A stretch of DNA of 64,000 nt from Terriglobia bacterium (GCA_021323595.1 JAJPKR010000028.1:3762-67761), one strand, 5' to 3'; shown: positions 50,769-59,890, numbered from the stretch's first letter. Notes: generated from the letters alone by a model not told the origin. Made by a program: numbers and translations.

Positions 50769-53700
50769 GGCCGCGCCCTCAGCGGCAAATCGAGCACGCG
50801 GTCCAAGTTCGCCCAAAACGCCCGGAAGGCGGGGTACTCGCTCACCGGAATCAGCGATTGCGTCACCTCGATCTCGGTATCGATCGTCAGCGTGTTGCTG
50901 TCGTCGATGGTGGCCGTGCTGCTCGCGCGGGCAAACGGCGCCTGCGCTTGAAACGGCGCGGGCAAGCCGACCTTGTAGCCCGGCGGCAGCGTGATATGAA
51001 GGACGTTGCGGATGCTCTGCGGCGGCCCGATCAAGACCGGCACCTGCCGCGACGCCAGCGGCGCCATGCGCGGCAGCCAATCGCGCCCGGTCATTTGCCG
51101 GGGAATCAGCAGCAGGCCCTGCCCGTCGCCGGGATCGGGGCTGGCGAAATGCGGCACCTGGCCCTGAAAGAGGACTTGCACCGGCTCGTTCCAATGATCG
51201 TCATTGGGCGCCGAGGCGCTGAACACGCTGATGCCCGGAAGCTGCTCGCGCAGCATCGCCTGCAGCGCGCCGGCGCGCCGCTCGGGGATCTGCAGCCGCG
51301 CCCGCAACTCCGGCGCGCGCTCGCCTTGCGCTTGCCATTGCGCGCTGAAATCCAAATCGCCTTGCGCGTCCAATTGGCCGGTGACCACGCGCACGATGGA
51401 ATTTTGCGAAGCCGGCAGCTCCGGCGTCACCACCGGCGCGAGCGCCGCTCCGGCGTCATGCCGCGGATCGTAGGCCCGCAGCATGGGAATGCGAAAGACG
51501 AAGGCGCGCTGATCCTGGTCGGGCAGCTCGCTGACGCCGTTGTACTCGGTGGTGCCGTCGAGATAAAGATGCAGCGACGGCACATACACGATCGCATGGT
51601 CGAAATCGGCGACGGAAGGGATCTTGGGATCCACCAGGCCGCGATCGCGCGTGCGGACCAACACGAAATCCGCCGGAACGCCGGCGCGCGCCAGCATGGC
51701 GATGAGCAAGGAAGCTTTGTCCTTGCAATCGCCGAAGCGCCGGTGGAATACCTGCGCCACGGGATAGGGCCGGTAACCGTGAATGCCGAACTCCAGCGCG
51801 ACGTAATGGGTGTTGCGAATGACGTAATCGTAAATCGCTTCGACTTTCTGCCGTTCGGTGGTCAAGCCCTTGAGCAGTTGATCGGTCGTTTGCCGCAGCG
51901 CGTCGTCGAGCACGAAGGTGTCGCGCACCAGGCCGCGATACCAGTCGGCGAATTGGCCCCACGTGGCGAAGCTCGAGACCGCGACATACGGGACCTGCTC
52001 GATCGCCGGCGGCGACTCCGGCTCGGCGACGAAGGCCGGCTCGTCGCGCAGCGTCCAACGGTAGATCTTTTCGCCGCCGCGGGCTTCGACCGTGTGCTCG
52101 CCATGGAAGCGCACCGCCTCGCTGACTAGCGTCTTGTCCGCCGGTGCGATCACCACGAACTGGCGGAAAACCGCGGCGGCTTCGTCCTGAAACGCCACGA
52201 TATCGCCGTAGTAATCGCCGTAGAGCGATTCCAGCGTGGTGGGCATCACCCGGTACGCGATCTCGACGTAATCGCCCGGCTGGATCGCCGGCAAGACGAC
52301 GTATTTGTTGCGCACGTCGTAAAACGTCTCGTAGCCGACCGATTCGCTGACCGGCGCGTCCTCGGCCTCGGGCGCTTGGGTCCAGCTCCCCGCATGGCGC
52401 ACGCGCGCCGCCAGGTACCGCACTTGCTCGGTCGCGGGATCGTAGGTGACCGCATACGTGGCGAGCTGCTGCGCCCCGACTTGATTGTTCACCTTGTAGA
52501 TCTGCTGGACGTAGCGGCCGACGTTGCCGGAAGGAAAAATCTGCGTGACGGTCGAATCGACCAGCAAGACCAGCGGCCCGCCGCTCAGCGCCGCGGGACG
52601 CTTCTTGTAGGCGGCGATGGCCGCGTCGGCGGCCACCGCGTAGGGCTGCTCGAAGCTGGCTTCGCCGCCGCCCGCGCCGCGCTCGAGCTGCAGGCGATCG
52701 CGCAGGTCGGAATCTTGCGGGTTCAGCGCCAGCGCGGCTTGCCAATCTGCCAGTGCCGCGCGGCGATCGCCGAACCGGCGTTCCAGGTCGCCGGCGGTAG
52801 CGCGCAAATCGGGGTTTTGCGGATCGAGTTCGGTGGCGCGATGGATGGCGGCCAGCGCCTCCGTCCGTCGGCCCAGCCCGGCTTCAGCGCGTGCGAGCAC
52901 GGCTTCGAGCAGCGGCACGTCCGGGGTCAGCGCCTGAATGGCGGTCAGCGTGGCCACCGCGGCTTCGAACTTCCCGGCATTCCGCTGCAGGTTGGCCAGC
53001 GCCAAACTGCCGTTCAGGTCGCCGCGATCGTGCGCGACGAGGGCTTCCGCCCAGGGCAGCGCCGCCTCTTCCATCCCCATCTGTTCCAGCGTGTGCGCGA
53101 CGATCGCCGCGATCGCCGGAGAGCGGTCGTAGCCGGCCTGCTGCAGTTTCGCGGCATAGTCGAGCGCGACCGGCCGCACCCCGAATCCGGCATAGGTGGC
53201 GAACATCCCCAGCAGCGCCTGCGGGACGTCGGCGGCATTGGCGGCGCCCCGCAGGGCGGCCTCGAAGTCTTGCCGCGCGGGCCAAAATTCGCGGCGGCTC
53301 AGCTCGACGTAGCCGCGGTCGGCCAGCGCCTCGGGATCGGCTGGCGCAAGCAGCAGCGCCCGGCTCAACGTGCGGAAGCGGCGGCTTTCGTCGGCATCAT
53401 GCTCGGCGTAGTCCAGCAGCACCGCGGCGTTGCCGGCGTTGAGCGCGGCGGCGGACTCGAACGCGTTGGCGGCGTTGTGATCGCCTTGGTTATAGTTGCT
53501 CTTCTTCGCCAGCACCCAGGCATAATTCCAGGCGCCATCGGGAGTGCCGGCCGCCTGCTTGGCCTCGGCGGTCAGGTCCGCGACCGCAGGCGCCGGCGCC
53601 GCCGCTGCCGCCGCGGCGCGGCCCGCCAAAGGCGGCGTATCGGTGGCCTCGAGCGGCAGCGCCGCGCCCGCCGGCGTGGTCAGGCGCAGCGCGAAATGCC

Positions 53701-54547
53701 AATTCGCCGACTCCGTCGCGCCGGTCTTGACCAGGATCTCGTTCCAGCCCGCGCCTAGATTGGCGCCCACGGCGTGCATGTCGAAGGCGAACAGACGGTG
53801 GCTGCCCGCCTCCTCGAAGACCGGCTGGCCGTTCACCCAGATCCGCGTCGCCCCGCCGTCGCTGAAGCGCAGCGCCACCGGCTGCGCCGAGCGGCTCAGC
53901 ACCCAAGTGACGAGGTAGGCCGAGGCGCTGCGGGAAGGCGTGAAGTAAAGGCCGAGATTATAGCTGCCCTCGGCCGCCGGAAACGGGAGCACGCGCCAGT
54001 GAACCTTCGCCTGCTTGCCGGAATAGCTGGCGGCGAGATCGATGCCCTTTTCCGGTCCTTCCTCCCGCCTGATGGCCTGCGGCGTGGAGTTGTCGAAGGG
54101 GCCGAGAGCGCGCCAGCTTTCGACCATCCCGAGATTGCGCCACGTCGCTTTCGCGGCGGCGGCATCGCCCTGCCGCAACTCCTGCCGGGCGATTTCGGCC
54201 TCGACTTCGCCCTCGACCAGCGGTGACAGGCCGGGAACCGAGGCCATCGCCCGCAGCGCCGGCAAAATTGCCTGTTGGTTGGGAGTCTGATTGGCGGCCT
54301 CGGCGAAGCGATAGAGCGCTACCAGCCGCGCTACATCCGAGGTCGCGTTCTGGAACTGCCGCTGCTGCGCGGTGATGCGGGCGGCGGGCGCCAAATAGAG
54401 GGCCGGCGCCGCCGCCAGCGTTGCCGCCAGCACCGCGGTAAGTCCCGCGATGCAAACGCAGGAGCAAACCCGGGAGCCAGCCTTGGCGGGGAAAAGAAAG
54501 GACGAGGGCAATGGGGCAGGACGTCTCCGGCGAGGGCTGTTTCCCAT
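50765..54547 (-). CDS. Giant (about 1260 aa) TPR / DUF3857-like / transglutaminase-like cysteine-protease-fold protein, catalytic triad intact (TGL-A)
   Basis: Likely start MGNSPRRRRPAPL... at 54547 (the ORF is open to 54643), with signal-anchor CIAGLTAVLAATLAAAPALYL. Beta-rich module (WRALGPFDN...GAGWNEILVKTG), TPR units, DUF3857-like segment (PGDYVEIAYRV), and a transglutaminase core RRFGDCKDKASLLIAMLARAG ... FDHAIVYV ... LYLDGT. Confidence 0.8.
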   Translation of the reverse strand: MGNSPRRRRPAPLPSSFLFPAKAGSRVCSCVCIAGLTAVLAATLAAAPALYLAPAARITAQQRQFQNATSDVARLVALYRFAEAANQTPNQQAILPALRAMASVPGLSPLVEGEVEAEIARQELRQGDAAAAKATWRNLGMVESWRALGPFDNSTPQAIRREEGPEKGIDLAASYSGKQAKVHWRVLPFPAAEGSYNLGLYFTPSRSASAYLVTWVLSRSAQPVALRFSDGGATRIWVNGQPVFEEAGSHRLFAFDMHAVGANLGAGWNEILVKTGATESANWHFALRLTTPAGAALPLEATDTPPLAGRAAAAAAAPAPAVADLTAEAKQAAGTPDGAWNYAWVLAKKSNYNQGDHNAANAFESAAALNAGNAAVLLDYAEHDADESRRFRTLSRALLLAPADPEALADRGYVELSRREFWPARQDFEAALRGAANAADVPQALLGMFATYAGFGVRPVALDYAAKLQQAGYDRSPAIAAIVAHTLEQMGMEEAALPWAEALVAHDRGDLNGSLALANLQRNAGKFEAAVATLTAIQALTPDVPLLEAVLARAEAGLGRRTEALAAIHRATELDPQNPDLRATAGDLERRFGDRRAALADWQAALALNPQDSDLRDRLQLERGAGGGEASFEQPYAVAADAAIAAYKKRPAALSGGPLVLLVDSTVTQIFPSGNVGRYVQQIYKVNNQVGAQQLATYAVTYDPATEQVRYLAARVRHAGSWTQAPEAEDAPVSESVGYETFYDVRNKYVVLPAIQPGDYVEIAYRVMPTTLESLYGDYYGDIVAFQDEAAAVFRQFVVIAPADKTLVSEAVRFHGEHTVEARGGEKIYRWTLRDEPAFVAEPESPPAIEQVPYVAVSSFATWGQFADWYRGLVRDTFVLDDALRQTTDQLLKGLTTERQKVEAIYDYVIRNTHYVALEFGIHGYRPYPVAQVFHRRFGDCKDKASLLIAMLARAGVPADFVLVRTRDRGLVDPKIPSVADFDHAIVYVPSLHLYLDGTTEYNGVSELPDQDQRAFVFRIPMLRAYDPRHDAGAALAPVVTPELPASQNSIVRVVTGQLDAQGDLDFSAQWQAQGERAPELRARLQIPERRAGALQAMLREQLPGISVFSASAPNDDHWNEPVQVLFQGQVPHFASPDPGDGQGLLLIPRQMTGRDWLPRMAPLASRQVPVLIGPPQSIRNVLHITLPPGYKVGLPAPFQAQAPFARASSTATIDDSNTLTIDTEIEVTQSLIPVSEYPAFRAFWANLDRVLDLPLRARP

Positions 54548-54755
54548 TATAGGGGCGGCGCCTTTGCCTCGAACCAAGCGGCGCTGGATTCTTCGCCTCC
54601 GCGGGCTTCGTCGCCGCCGGCGCATGCCGCGGTCCTGCCGCACTTGCCGGGCAGGCGGGCGCTAGGGGAGGCGCAGCGCAGCATCCGCCAGGGCGTGCGG
54701 GCGCAGACTGGACGGCGCGGTCTCCCCGCGCTCCGGTTCTGGAAGAGCTCCCCAG

Positions 54756-57143
54756 CTAGCCGGCGGCGGCGCGGGCCCGTGCCGCCGGGACGTTGGAGGC
54801 GGCGACCGGTATGACGGCTGGCCGCGAAGCCGCGCCCCCGATACGGACGATGCGCAGTGGTACGGCATGGAGCACCACCCCGAGCAACCGCGTTGAGTTC
54901 TCGTGCAGCAGCGCTGCCGCTCGGCTCAAGGAAGCCGTGCGCTCGCCGGTGCGGGCAACGAGTACGGCGGCATCGGCTTGCGCCGCGAGCAGGCGCGCGC
55001 CCGGCGACGCAGGCAGCGGACCGCCGTCCAGCAAGATCCAGTCCCAGCGCTGGCGGGCCGCGGCCGCGAATCCCCGCATCGCCGGCCCCGCCAGCGCGGT
55101 CGCGGAAAATGCGCCGCGGCCGGAGCCGATAACGCTGGGCCCCTCCTCGCTGCGGGCTGCGGTCGCGAGCAGCATGTCCAGGGCGCAATCACCCGCCAGG
55201 TAATCGCCCAGGCCCGGCGCAGCCGGCGCGGCCGTGCTCGCGTCCGCATCTGCCGCGCCGGCGCGGCAGTCCACGAGCAGAACCCGTTCGCCGGCGTCAT
55301 GCAACCCTCGCGCCAGCAAAACCGAGACGGCGCCCGCGCCGGCGCCGGCGACCAGCACGATCCTCGTGTCCTCGGCGGCCATGAGCAGCAGCGACGCCGT
55401 TAAGGCATCCAGGGCGCTGCGCGCGCAGCGCGGCAGCGGCAACCCCACGGCGGCTTCGAGCGATCGCGGGCCCGCGACAGGATCGCGCTGCGCCTTTCGG
55501 CGCGTGCTCACGGGCAAGTGGATGCGGACGCGCACGAACGGCGGCTTGCTCGACGCCGCGGGCAGCCGTCCTCCCGGATCCGCTTCCGCCGCCCGCGCCC
55601 CGGCCCCGCGGCGCTCTGCCCTTGCGGCAAGGCCGCCGCGCACGGACCACGCAGAAGGACGCGAAGTCGGTTGAGAAACTTGGACCGGCAGCAACGATTC
55701 GTTCGGCTCCGGTTGCGCTCGGGGCGCCCCCGGCGCTTCTCGCTGCGCCTCATCCCCAAGCTCGGGAATCGCCGGCATCGAGCCCAGCAGGGGCAGCCGC
55801 AGCGCCGCCAGTGCCGCCGGGCCCGCGCGCGCCACGGCGCGCCATTCGTCAAGACCTATTAGCAGCGCGGCGCAAAGGATTCCCGCTAACAGCCCCAATC
55901 CGAGACTCACCGGCCAGCGCGGCCGAATCGGGCGCAGCGGCACGCGCGCAGGCGCGAGCACTTGCACCGGATTGCGGAGTAGCCCCTCGCTCACGGCCAT
56001 TTGCCGGCGCCTTTCCCAAAGCGATTCGTAGAGCGTCATCTGCGCCTGCGCGCGCGCCGCCAGCCAGCCGTCCTGAGCGGCGTTGCGCGCGGCGGCATCG
56101 AGCCAAACTTGTTGCCGCGCGAGCGCCGCCCGCAGTCGCGACAACGCCCATCGGTCGGCGCCGGCCGAAACGCCGTGGCCCGCCAGCGTCGCCCGCCGAT
56201 ACTGAGCCAGGCTGGCCTCCACGCTCGCCAAGGCCTGGCGCGCCTGGCGCAGGGGTAATGCGTTCGGCCCGTATTGCGCGGCGAGGCGGCTCGCTTGCGC
56301 CGCCAGCTCCGCCCGGCGCACGCGCAGTTCGGTCCACGGCCGCTGTTCTTCAGCGGTTAGCCGGGCTGCGGCGCCGCCTGCGGTCTGAGCCGCCCGTTGT
56401 TGCCAAAGATCGATCTCGGTGCGGTTCACCGCTTGCGCCAAGTCGTCGAGCCGCGCCCGCGCCGCGCTTGCCCCCGGCGCCGCGGCGTCGGCCGGGTGCG
56501 CCGCCCGGAAGCGCGACAGCGCCGCTTCCGCGGCCTGCCAGTTGCGGCGCGCGCCGGCGAGCTGCGTGTCGAGAAAGGCCGCCGCCGACGCCGCCGACTG
56601 CGTTTCCCGCGCGGCCATCTGCCCGCGCAATTCGGCGATGAGGCCGTCGGCAAGGGCGGCGGCCACGGCGGGGTGCTGATCTTCCACCGAGAGCGCGAGC
56701 AAATCCCCGCCCGGCCGCCGCTGCACTTGCACGTGCCGCAGCAAGGCCTCGCCCAGCGCATCCTCGCTCGCGGCGCCGGCGGCGGCGCTCACCGCGGGCG
56801 CGGCCGCCGCCGCGGCGCGATAGTCGGGATCGCGAGCCAAGTCCAGCCGGCGCGCCACCGGCTGCGCGATTTGCTGGCTGCGCAACAGGCGGGCGGCGAT
56901 CGCGGCGGGCTCGTCATCGCGGCCAGCCGCGGGCGCGGGGGCCAGCGCCGGCGCCCAATCGCCCACCCGCAGCAGCGCCTGCGCGCGATAGGTCGCCGGC
57001 AGCACCAAGGTCACAGCGGCGCTCGCCGCCAGCGCCAGCGCGATCGCCAGCGCGGCGCGCGCGCCGTGGCGGCGCAGGGCGGCGCCCAGGCGCGAGAAGC
57101 TTTCGCCAACAACGGGGGCGCGGGAGATCGGCGCTTGAAGCAT
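54756..57143 (-). CDS. Polysaccharide co-polymerase (Wzz/GumC-type, PCP-2-like) with a degenerate C-terminal BY-kinase-like domain
   Basis: Start at ATG 57141-57143 (MLQAPISRAP...), 8 nt after the wza stop. TM helix plus PATYRAQALLRV Wzz motif, a long Ala/Gln-rich coiled coil and a second TM (WPVSLGLGLLAGILCAALLIGL). The C-terminal P-loop-NTPase-like fold has VLLVDCRAG (Walker A-prime-like) and WDWILLDGGP (Walker B-like), but Walker A is replaced by IVLVAGAGAGAVSVLL. Confidence 0.8.
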   Translation of the reverse strand: MLQAPISRAPVVGESFSRLGAALRRHGARAALAIALALAASAAVTLVLPATYRAQALLRVGDWAPALAPAPAAGRDDEPAAIAARLLRSQQIAQPVARRLDLARDPDYRAAAAAAPAVSAAAGAASEDALGEALLRHVQVQRRPGGDLLALSVEDQHPAVAAALADGLIAELRGQMAARETQSAASAAAFLDTQLAGARRNWQAAEAALSRFRAAHPADAAAPGASAARARLDDLAQAVNRTEIDLWQQRAAQTAGGAAARLTAEEQRPWTELRVRRAELAAQASRLAAQYGPNALPLRQARQALASVEASLAQYRRATLAGHGVSAGADRWALSRLRAALARQQVWLDAAARNAAQDGWLAARAQAQMTLYESLWERRRQMAVSEGLLRNPVQVLAPARVPLRPIRPRWPVSLGLGLLAGILCAALLIGLDEWRAVARAGPAALAALRLPLLGSMPAIPELGDEAQREAPGAPRAQPEPNESLLPVQVSQPTSRPSAWSVRGGLAARAERRGAGARAAEADPGGRLPAASSKPPFVRVRIHLPVSTRRKAQRDPVAGPRSLEAAVGLPLPRCARSALDALTASLLLMAAEDTRIVLVAGAGAGAVSVLLARGLHDAGERVLLVDCRAGAADADASTAAPAAPGLGDYLAGDCALDMLLATAARSEEGPSVIGSGRGAFSATALAGPAMRGFAAAARQRWDWILLDGGPLPASPGARLLAAQADAAVLVARTGERTASLSRAAALLHENSTRLLGVVLHAVPLRIVRIGGAASRPAVIPVAASNVPAARARAAAG

Positions 57144-57151
57144 GGCGGCGG

Positions 57152-58087
57152 CTAGTGAAAGATGATCAATCCGGTGAAGATCGTCATGCTGGCGGCCAGC
57201 GCGACTTCGCCGCCGCGAATCAGCGTCAGCTTGCCGAGGTTGGCCGGCACATAGACGAAGTCGAAGGGCTCGAGGCGCGGATCGGGAGCGCGGCCGGCGC
57301 GAATGCGGCCCAGATTCACCAACTCCCGCCGCCGCGCGCCGGCCGCGCCGGCGTGCACGATCCACGTTCGCTTCTGCCCCGCCCCGCGCTGGATGCCGCC
57401 CGCCAGGCTCAGCGCCTCGAGCAGCGTCAAGCCGTTCGGCGGCAGGGTGAAGCGCCCCGGCTGGCGCACCTCGCCGCCGACATAGATCGCGGCGGCGGGC
57501 AAGACGCGCACGAGGTCGCCGGCGCGGAGCGTCAGCGCCGGATCGCTCTCGCCTCGCGCCAGCGCCGGCAGGCTCACCTGCTCGCGCGTCGGCGCCGCGC
57601 CGCCGTGGCCCGCGTGCGTGATCACCACCGCTTCCCCGGCATCGCCGGTGAAACCGCCGGCCTGCGCCAGGATCTCCGTTAATCCGCGATTTTGGCGCGT
57701 CCAATACACGCCCGGGTTCCGCACCGCCCCTAGCACCGTCACCGGCACGCCCGCGTATTGGCGGACCAGCAGTTGCACTTGCGGCGCCAGCAAATAGCCG
57801 GTGGCGCGCAACTGCGCGGCGATGCGGCGCTCCGCCTCGCTCGGCGTCGCTCCCGCCAGCGGCACGGCGCCGATGACCGGCATTTGCAGCGTGCCCTGGG
57901 CGTCGAGGCGGGCGATCGTCGTGAGTTCCGGTGTTTCAAACACCGTGACTTCGACTAAGTCGCCCGGGGCCAGGCGTGCCGGCGCCGCCGGTTCCGGAGT
58001 ATGCTCGATGGGCGGCGGCGGGCCCTGCTGGGCGGCCCAAAGCAGGCCCGACGACGCGAGCAGCATCCATACGGCGAAGTGGCGCAT
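57152..58087 (-). CDS. wza: Polysaccharide export outer-membrane protein (Wza / Poly_export + SLBB)
   Basis: Start at ATG 58085-58087 (MRHFAVWMLLASSGLLWA signal peptide). Poly_export motif LAPGDLVEVTVFETPELT and SLBB-like GEVRQPGRFTLP...LTLLEALSLAGG. Confidence 0.85.
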   Translation of the reverse strand: MRHFAVWMLLASSGLLWAAQQGPPPPIEHTPEPAAPARLAPGDLVEVTVFETPELTTIARLDAQGTLQMPVIGAVPLAGATPSEAERRIAAQLRATGYLLAPQVQLLVRQYAGVPVTVLGAVRNPGVYWTRQNRGLTEILAQAGGFTGDAGEAVVITHAGHGGAAPTREQVSLPALARGESDPALTLRAGDLVRVLPAAAIYVGGEVRQPGRFTLPPNGLTLLEALSLAGGIQRGAGQKRTWIVHAGAAGARRRELVNLGRIRAGRAPDPRLEPFDFVYVPANLGKLTLIRGGEVALAASMTIFTGLIIFH

Positions 58088-58154
58088 GACCGACGCGGGA
58101 TCAGCATCGGCGCAGGCGGACGCGCCGTCAATTCGCCCAAACAGGGGGTCTGCG

Positions 58155-59639
58155 ATGAAAACACCGAAGCGCGAACCACGCCGCAACACTCGGCCCGCCG
58201 CCCTCCCGGCCGGCGCCGTCGCCGGGCTGCTCGCCGCCGCCCTTGCCTGCGCCGCGCCCGCCATGGCGCCGGCCGCCCAACTCGCACCCGCGGTGCGGGC
58301 TTATGTCGCCGTGGAGGCGCCGGTGGTGGCGCTCGAACATGTGCGGGTCGTGGACGGCTCCGGCGCGCCGCCGCGCGCCGATCAAACCATCGTGTTGCGC
58401 GGCGGCCGCATCGCGGCCGTGGGCGCGGCCGGCGCGGTGGCGGTGCCGCCGGATGCCAAGGTGCTCGACCTGAAGGGCGCCACGGTGATCCCCGGCCTGG
58501 TGGGCATGCACGATCATATGTTCTATCCTGCCGGGCGGCGCGCGCCGCTCTATAACGAGCAGGCATACAGCTTCCCTCGCCTCTATCTCGCCTGCGGCGT
58601 CACCTCCCTGCGCACGACCGGCAGCATCGAGCCTTACACCGACCTGCAGCTCAAACAGGCGATCGATGCCGGGCTCGTGCCCGGCCCCAAGCTGCACGTC
58701 ACCGGGCCTTACCTCGAAGGCGCCGGCGCCTACACCTTGCAGATGCACGTGCTGCGCGGCCCCGAGGACGCCGCTCGAACCGTCGACTACTGGGCCGGCG
58801 AAGGGGTGACGTCCTTCAAGGCCTACATGCACATCACCCGCGCCGAGTTGGCGGCCGCGGTCGCGGCGGTCCATCGCCACGGTTTGACCATCACCGGCCA
58901 TCTTTGCTCGATCGGCTTTCGCGAGGCGGCGGCGCTCGGCATCGACGATCTCGAGCACGGCCTGATGGTGGACACCGAATTCGACCCGGATAAGCGCCCC
59001 GACTTCTGCCCCTCGCAAGCGGAAACCGCGCGCACCCTCGCGGCCATCGATGTCGCCGGACCGCAAGTGCAAGCGACCATTCGCGACCTGGTGGCTCATC
59101 ACGTGGCGGTCACCTCGACCCTGCCGGTCTTTGAGACGTTCGCGCCCAATCGCCCGCCCCTCGAGCAGCGAGTTCTGCAAGCGATGTCGCCCGAGGCGCG
59201 TTCGGACTACCTGACCCGCCGCGCCCTCATCGGCGAGCAAGCGGACTCGCCCTGGCCGGTGCTGCTGAAAAAAGAGGAGGAGTTCGAGCGCAGCTTCGTC
59301 GCCGCCGGAGGGCTGCTGCTGGCGGGCGAGGACCCGACCGGATACGGCGGCGATCTCGCCGGATTCGGCGACCAGCGCGAGGTGGAGTTGCTGGTCGAGG
59401 GCGGGTTCTCGCCGGTCGCGGCCATCCACATCGCCACCGCCAACGGAGCGCGCTTCTTGCACGACGATCGCATCGGCGCGATCGCGCCCGGCAAGGACGC
59501 CGATTTGGTGGTGATCGCCGGTGATCCCGCCCGGAACATCGCCGACATCGAAAACGTGAAGCTGGTGTTCAAAGACGGCGTCGGCTACGACGCCGCCCGG
59601 CTGCTCGCCGACGTGCACGGCACCGTGGGCATTTATTGA
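58155..59639 (+). CDS. Secreted metal-dependent amidohydrolase (imidazolonepropionase / Xaa-Pro dipeptidase-like)
   Basis: Internal ATG of ORF 57801..59639 with a signal peptide. VIPGLVGMHDHMF (H-x-H), ITGHLCS, AGEDPTGYG, GKDADLVVI. Confidence 0.85.
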   Translation: MKTPKREPRRNTRPAALPAGAVAGLLAAALACAAPAMAPAAQLAPAVRAYVAVEAPVVALEHVRVVDGSGAPPRADQTIVLRGGRIAAVGAAGAVAVPPDAKVLDLKGATVIPGLVGMHDHMFYPAGRRAPLYNEQAYSFPRLYLACGVTSLRTTGSIEPYTDLQLKQAIDAGLVPGPKLHVTGPYLEGAGAYTLQMHVLRGPEDAARTVDYWAGEGVTSFKAYMHITRAELAAAVAAVHRHGLTITGHLCSIGFREAAALGIDDLEHGLMVDTEFDPDKRPDFCPSQAETARTLAAIDVAGPQVQATIRDLVAHHVAVTSTLPVFETFAPNRPPLEQRVLQAMSPEARSDYLTRRALIGEQADSPWPVLLKKEEEFERSFVAAGGLLLAGEDPTGYGGDLAGFGDQREVELLVEGGFSPVAAIHIATANGARFLHDDRIGAIAPGKDADLVVIAGDPARNIADIENVKLVFKDGVGYDAARLLADVHGTVGIY

Positions 59640-59731
59640 ACCGGCGTCCGCGAAGTTCTTTCTTGATCTGAACCCTTGGCAGCGGCGCCGGCGCGCTTCG
59701 AGCCAGCCGAGCACGCCGCGCGCGGGTGCGA

Positions 59732-59890
59732 TCAGGCGGCGCGGCGGCGAGGTGGGCCGACGCGAATCGGCCAAGGCGGCGGATCGCTGGCGGGAAAGCT
59801 CTCGGCCACGATCTCGTCCCACTCCGAAAGCGGCTCCGCGGTCGGCGGCGGGCGCTTCGGGGGAGGCTGCGGGGGTTGCGGTTCAGCCAT
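59732..59890 (-). CDS. Small (52 aa) Pro-rich protein with a conserved-looking SFPASDPP motif
   Basis: Internal ATG of ORF 59732..59983, preceded by GGAGG at -9. MAEPQPPQPPPKRPPPTAEPLSEWDEIVAESFPASDPPPW. From memory, the E-SFPASDPP-W motif recurs in small stress-associated proteins of many bacteria. Confidence 0.5.
   Translation of the reverse strand: MAEPQPPQPPPKRPPPTAEPLSEWDEIVAESFPASDPPPWPIRVGPPRRRAA

Noticed and set aside
47235-50951. 1238-aa plus-strand ORF, plus similar long ORFs: 50750..52129 (+), 52376..53758 (+), 20270..22450 (+), 27049..28977 (-), 28926..30125 (-), 14169..16034 (-), 40919..42775 (+), 42489..44456 (+), 34795..36558 (+), 36757..38019 (+), 60741..62363 (+), 8173..9171 (-), 9371..10882 (+), 16113..17441 (+), 17661..19232 (+), 58128..59822 (-), 62254..63369 (-).
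   Set aside because: All lie antisense or out of frame to genes with strong family motifs. Their products are Arg/Gly/Ala/Pro-rich low-complexity strings with no recognisable domains. Long stop-free shadow frames are expected at about 70 % GC.
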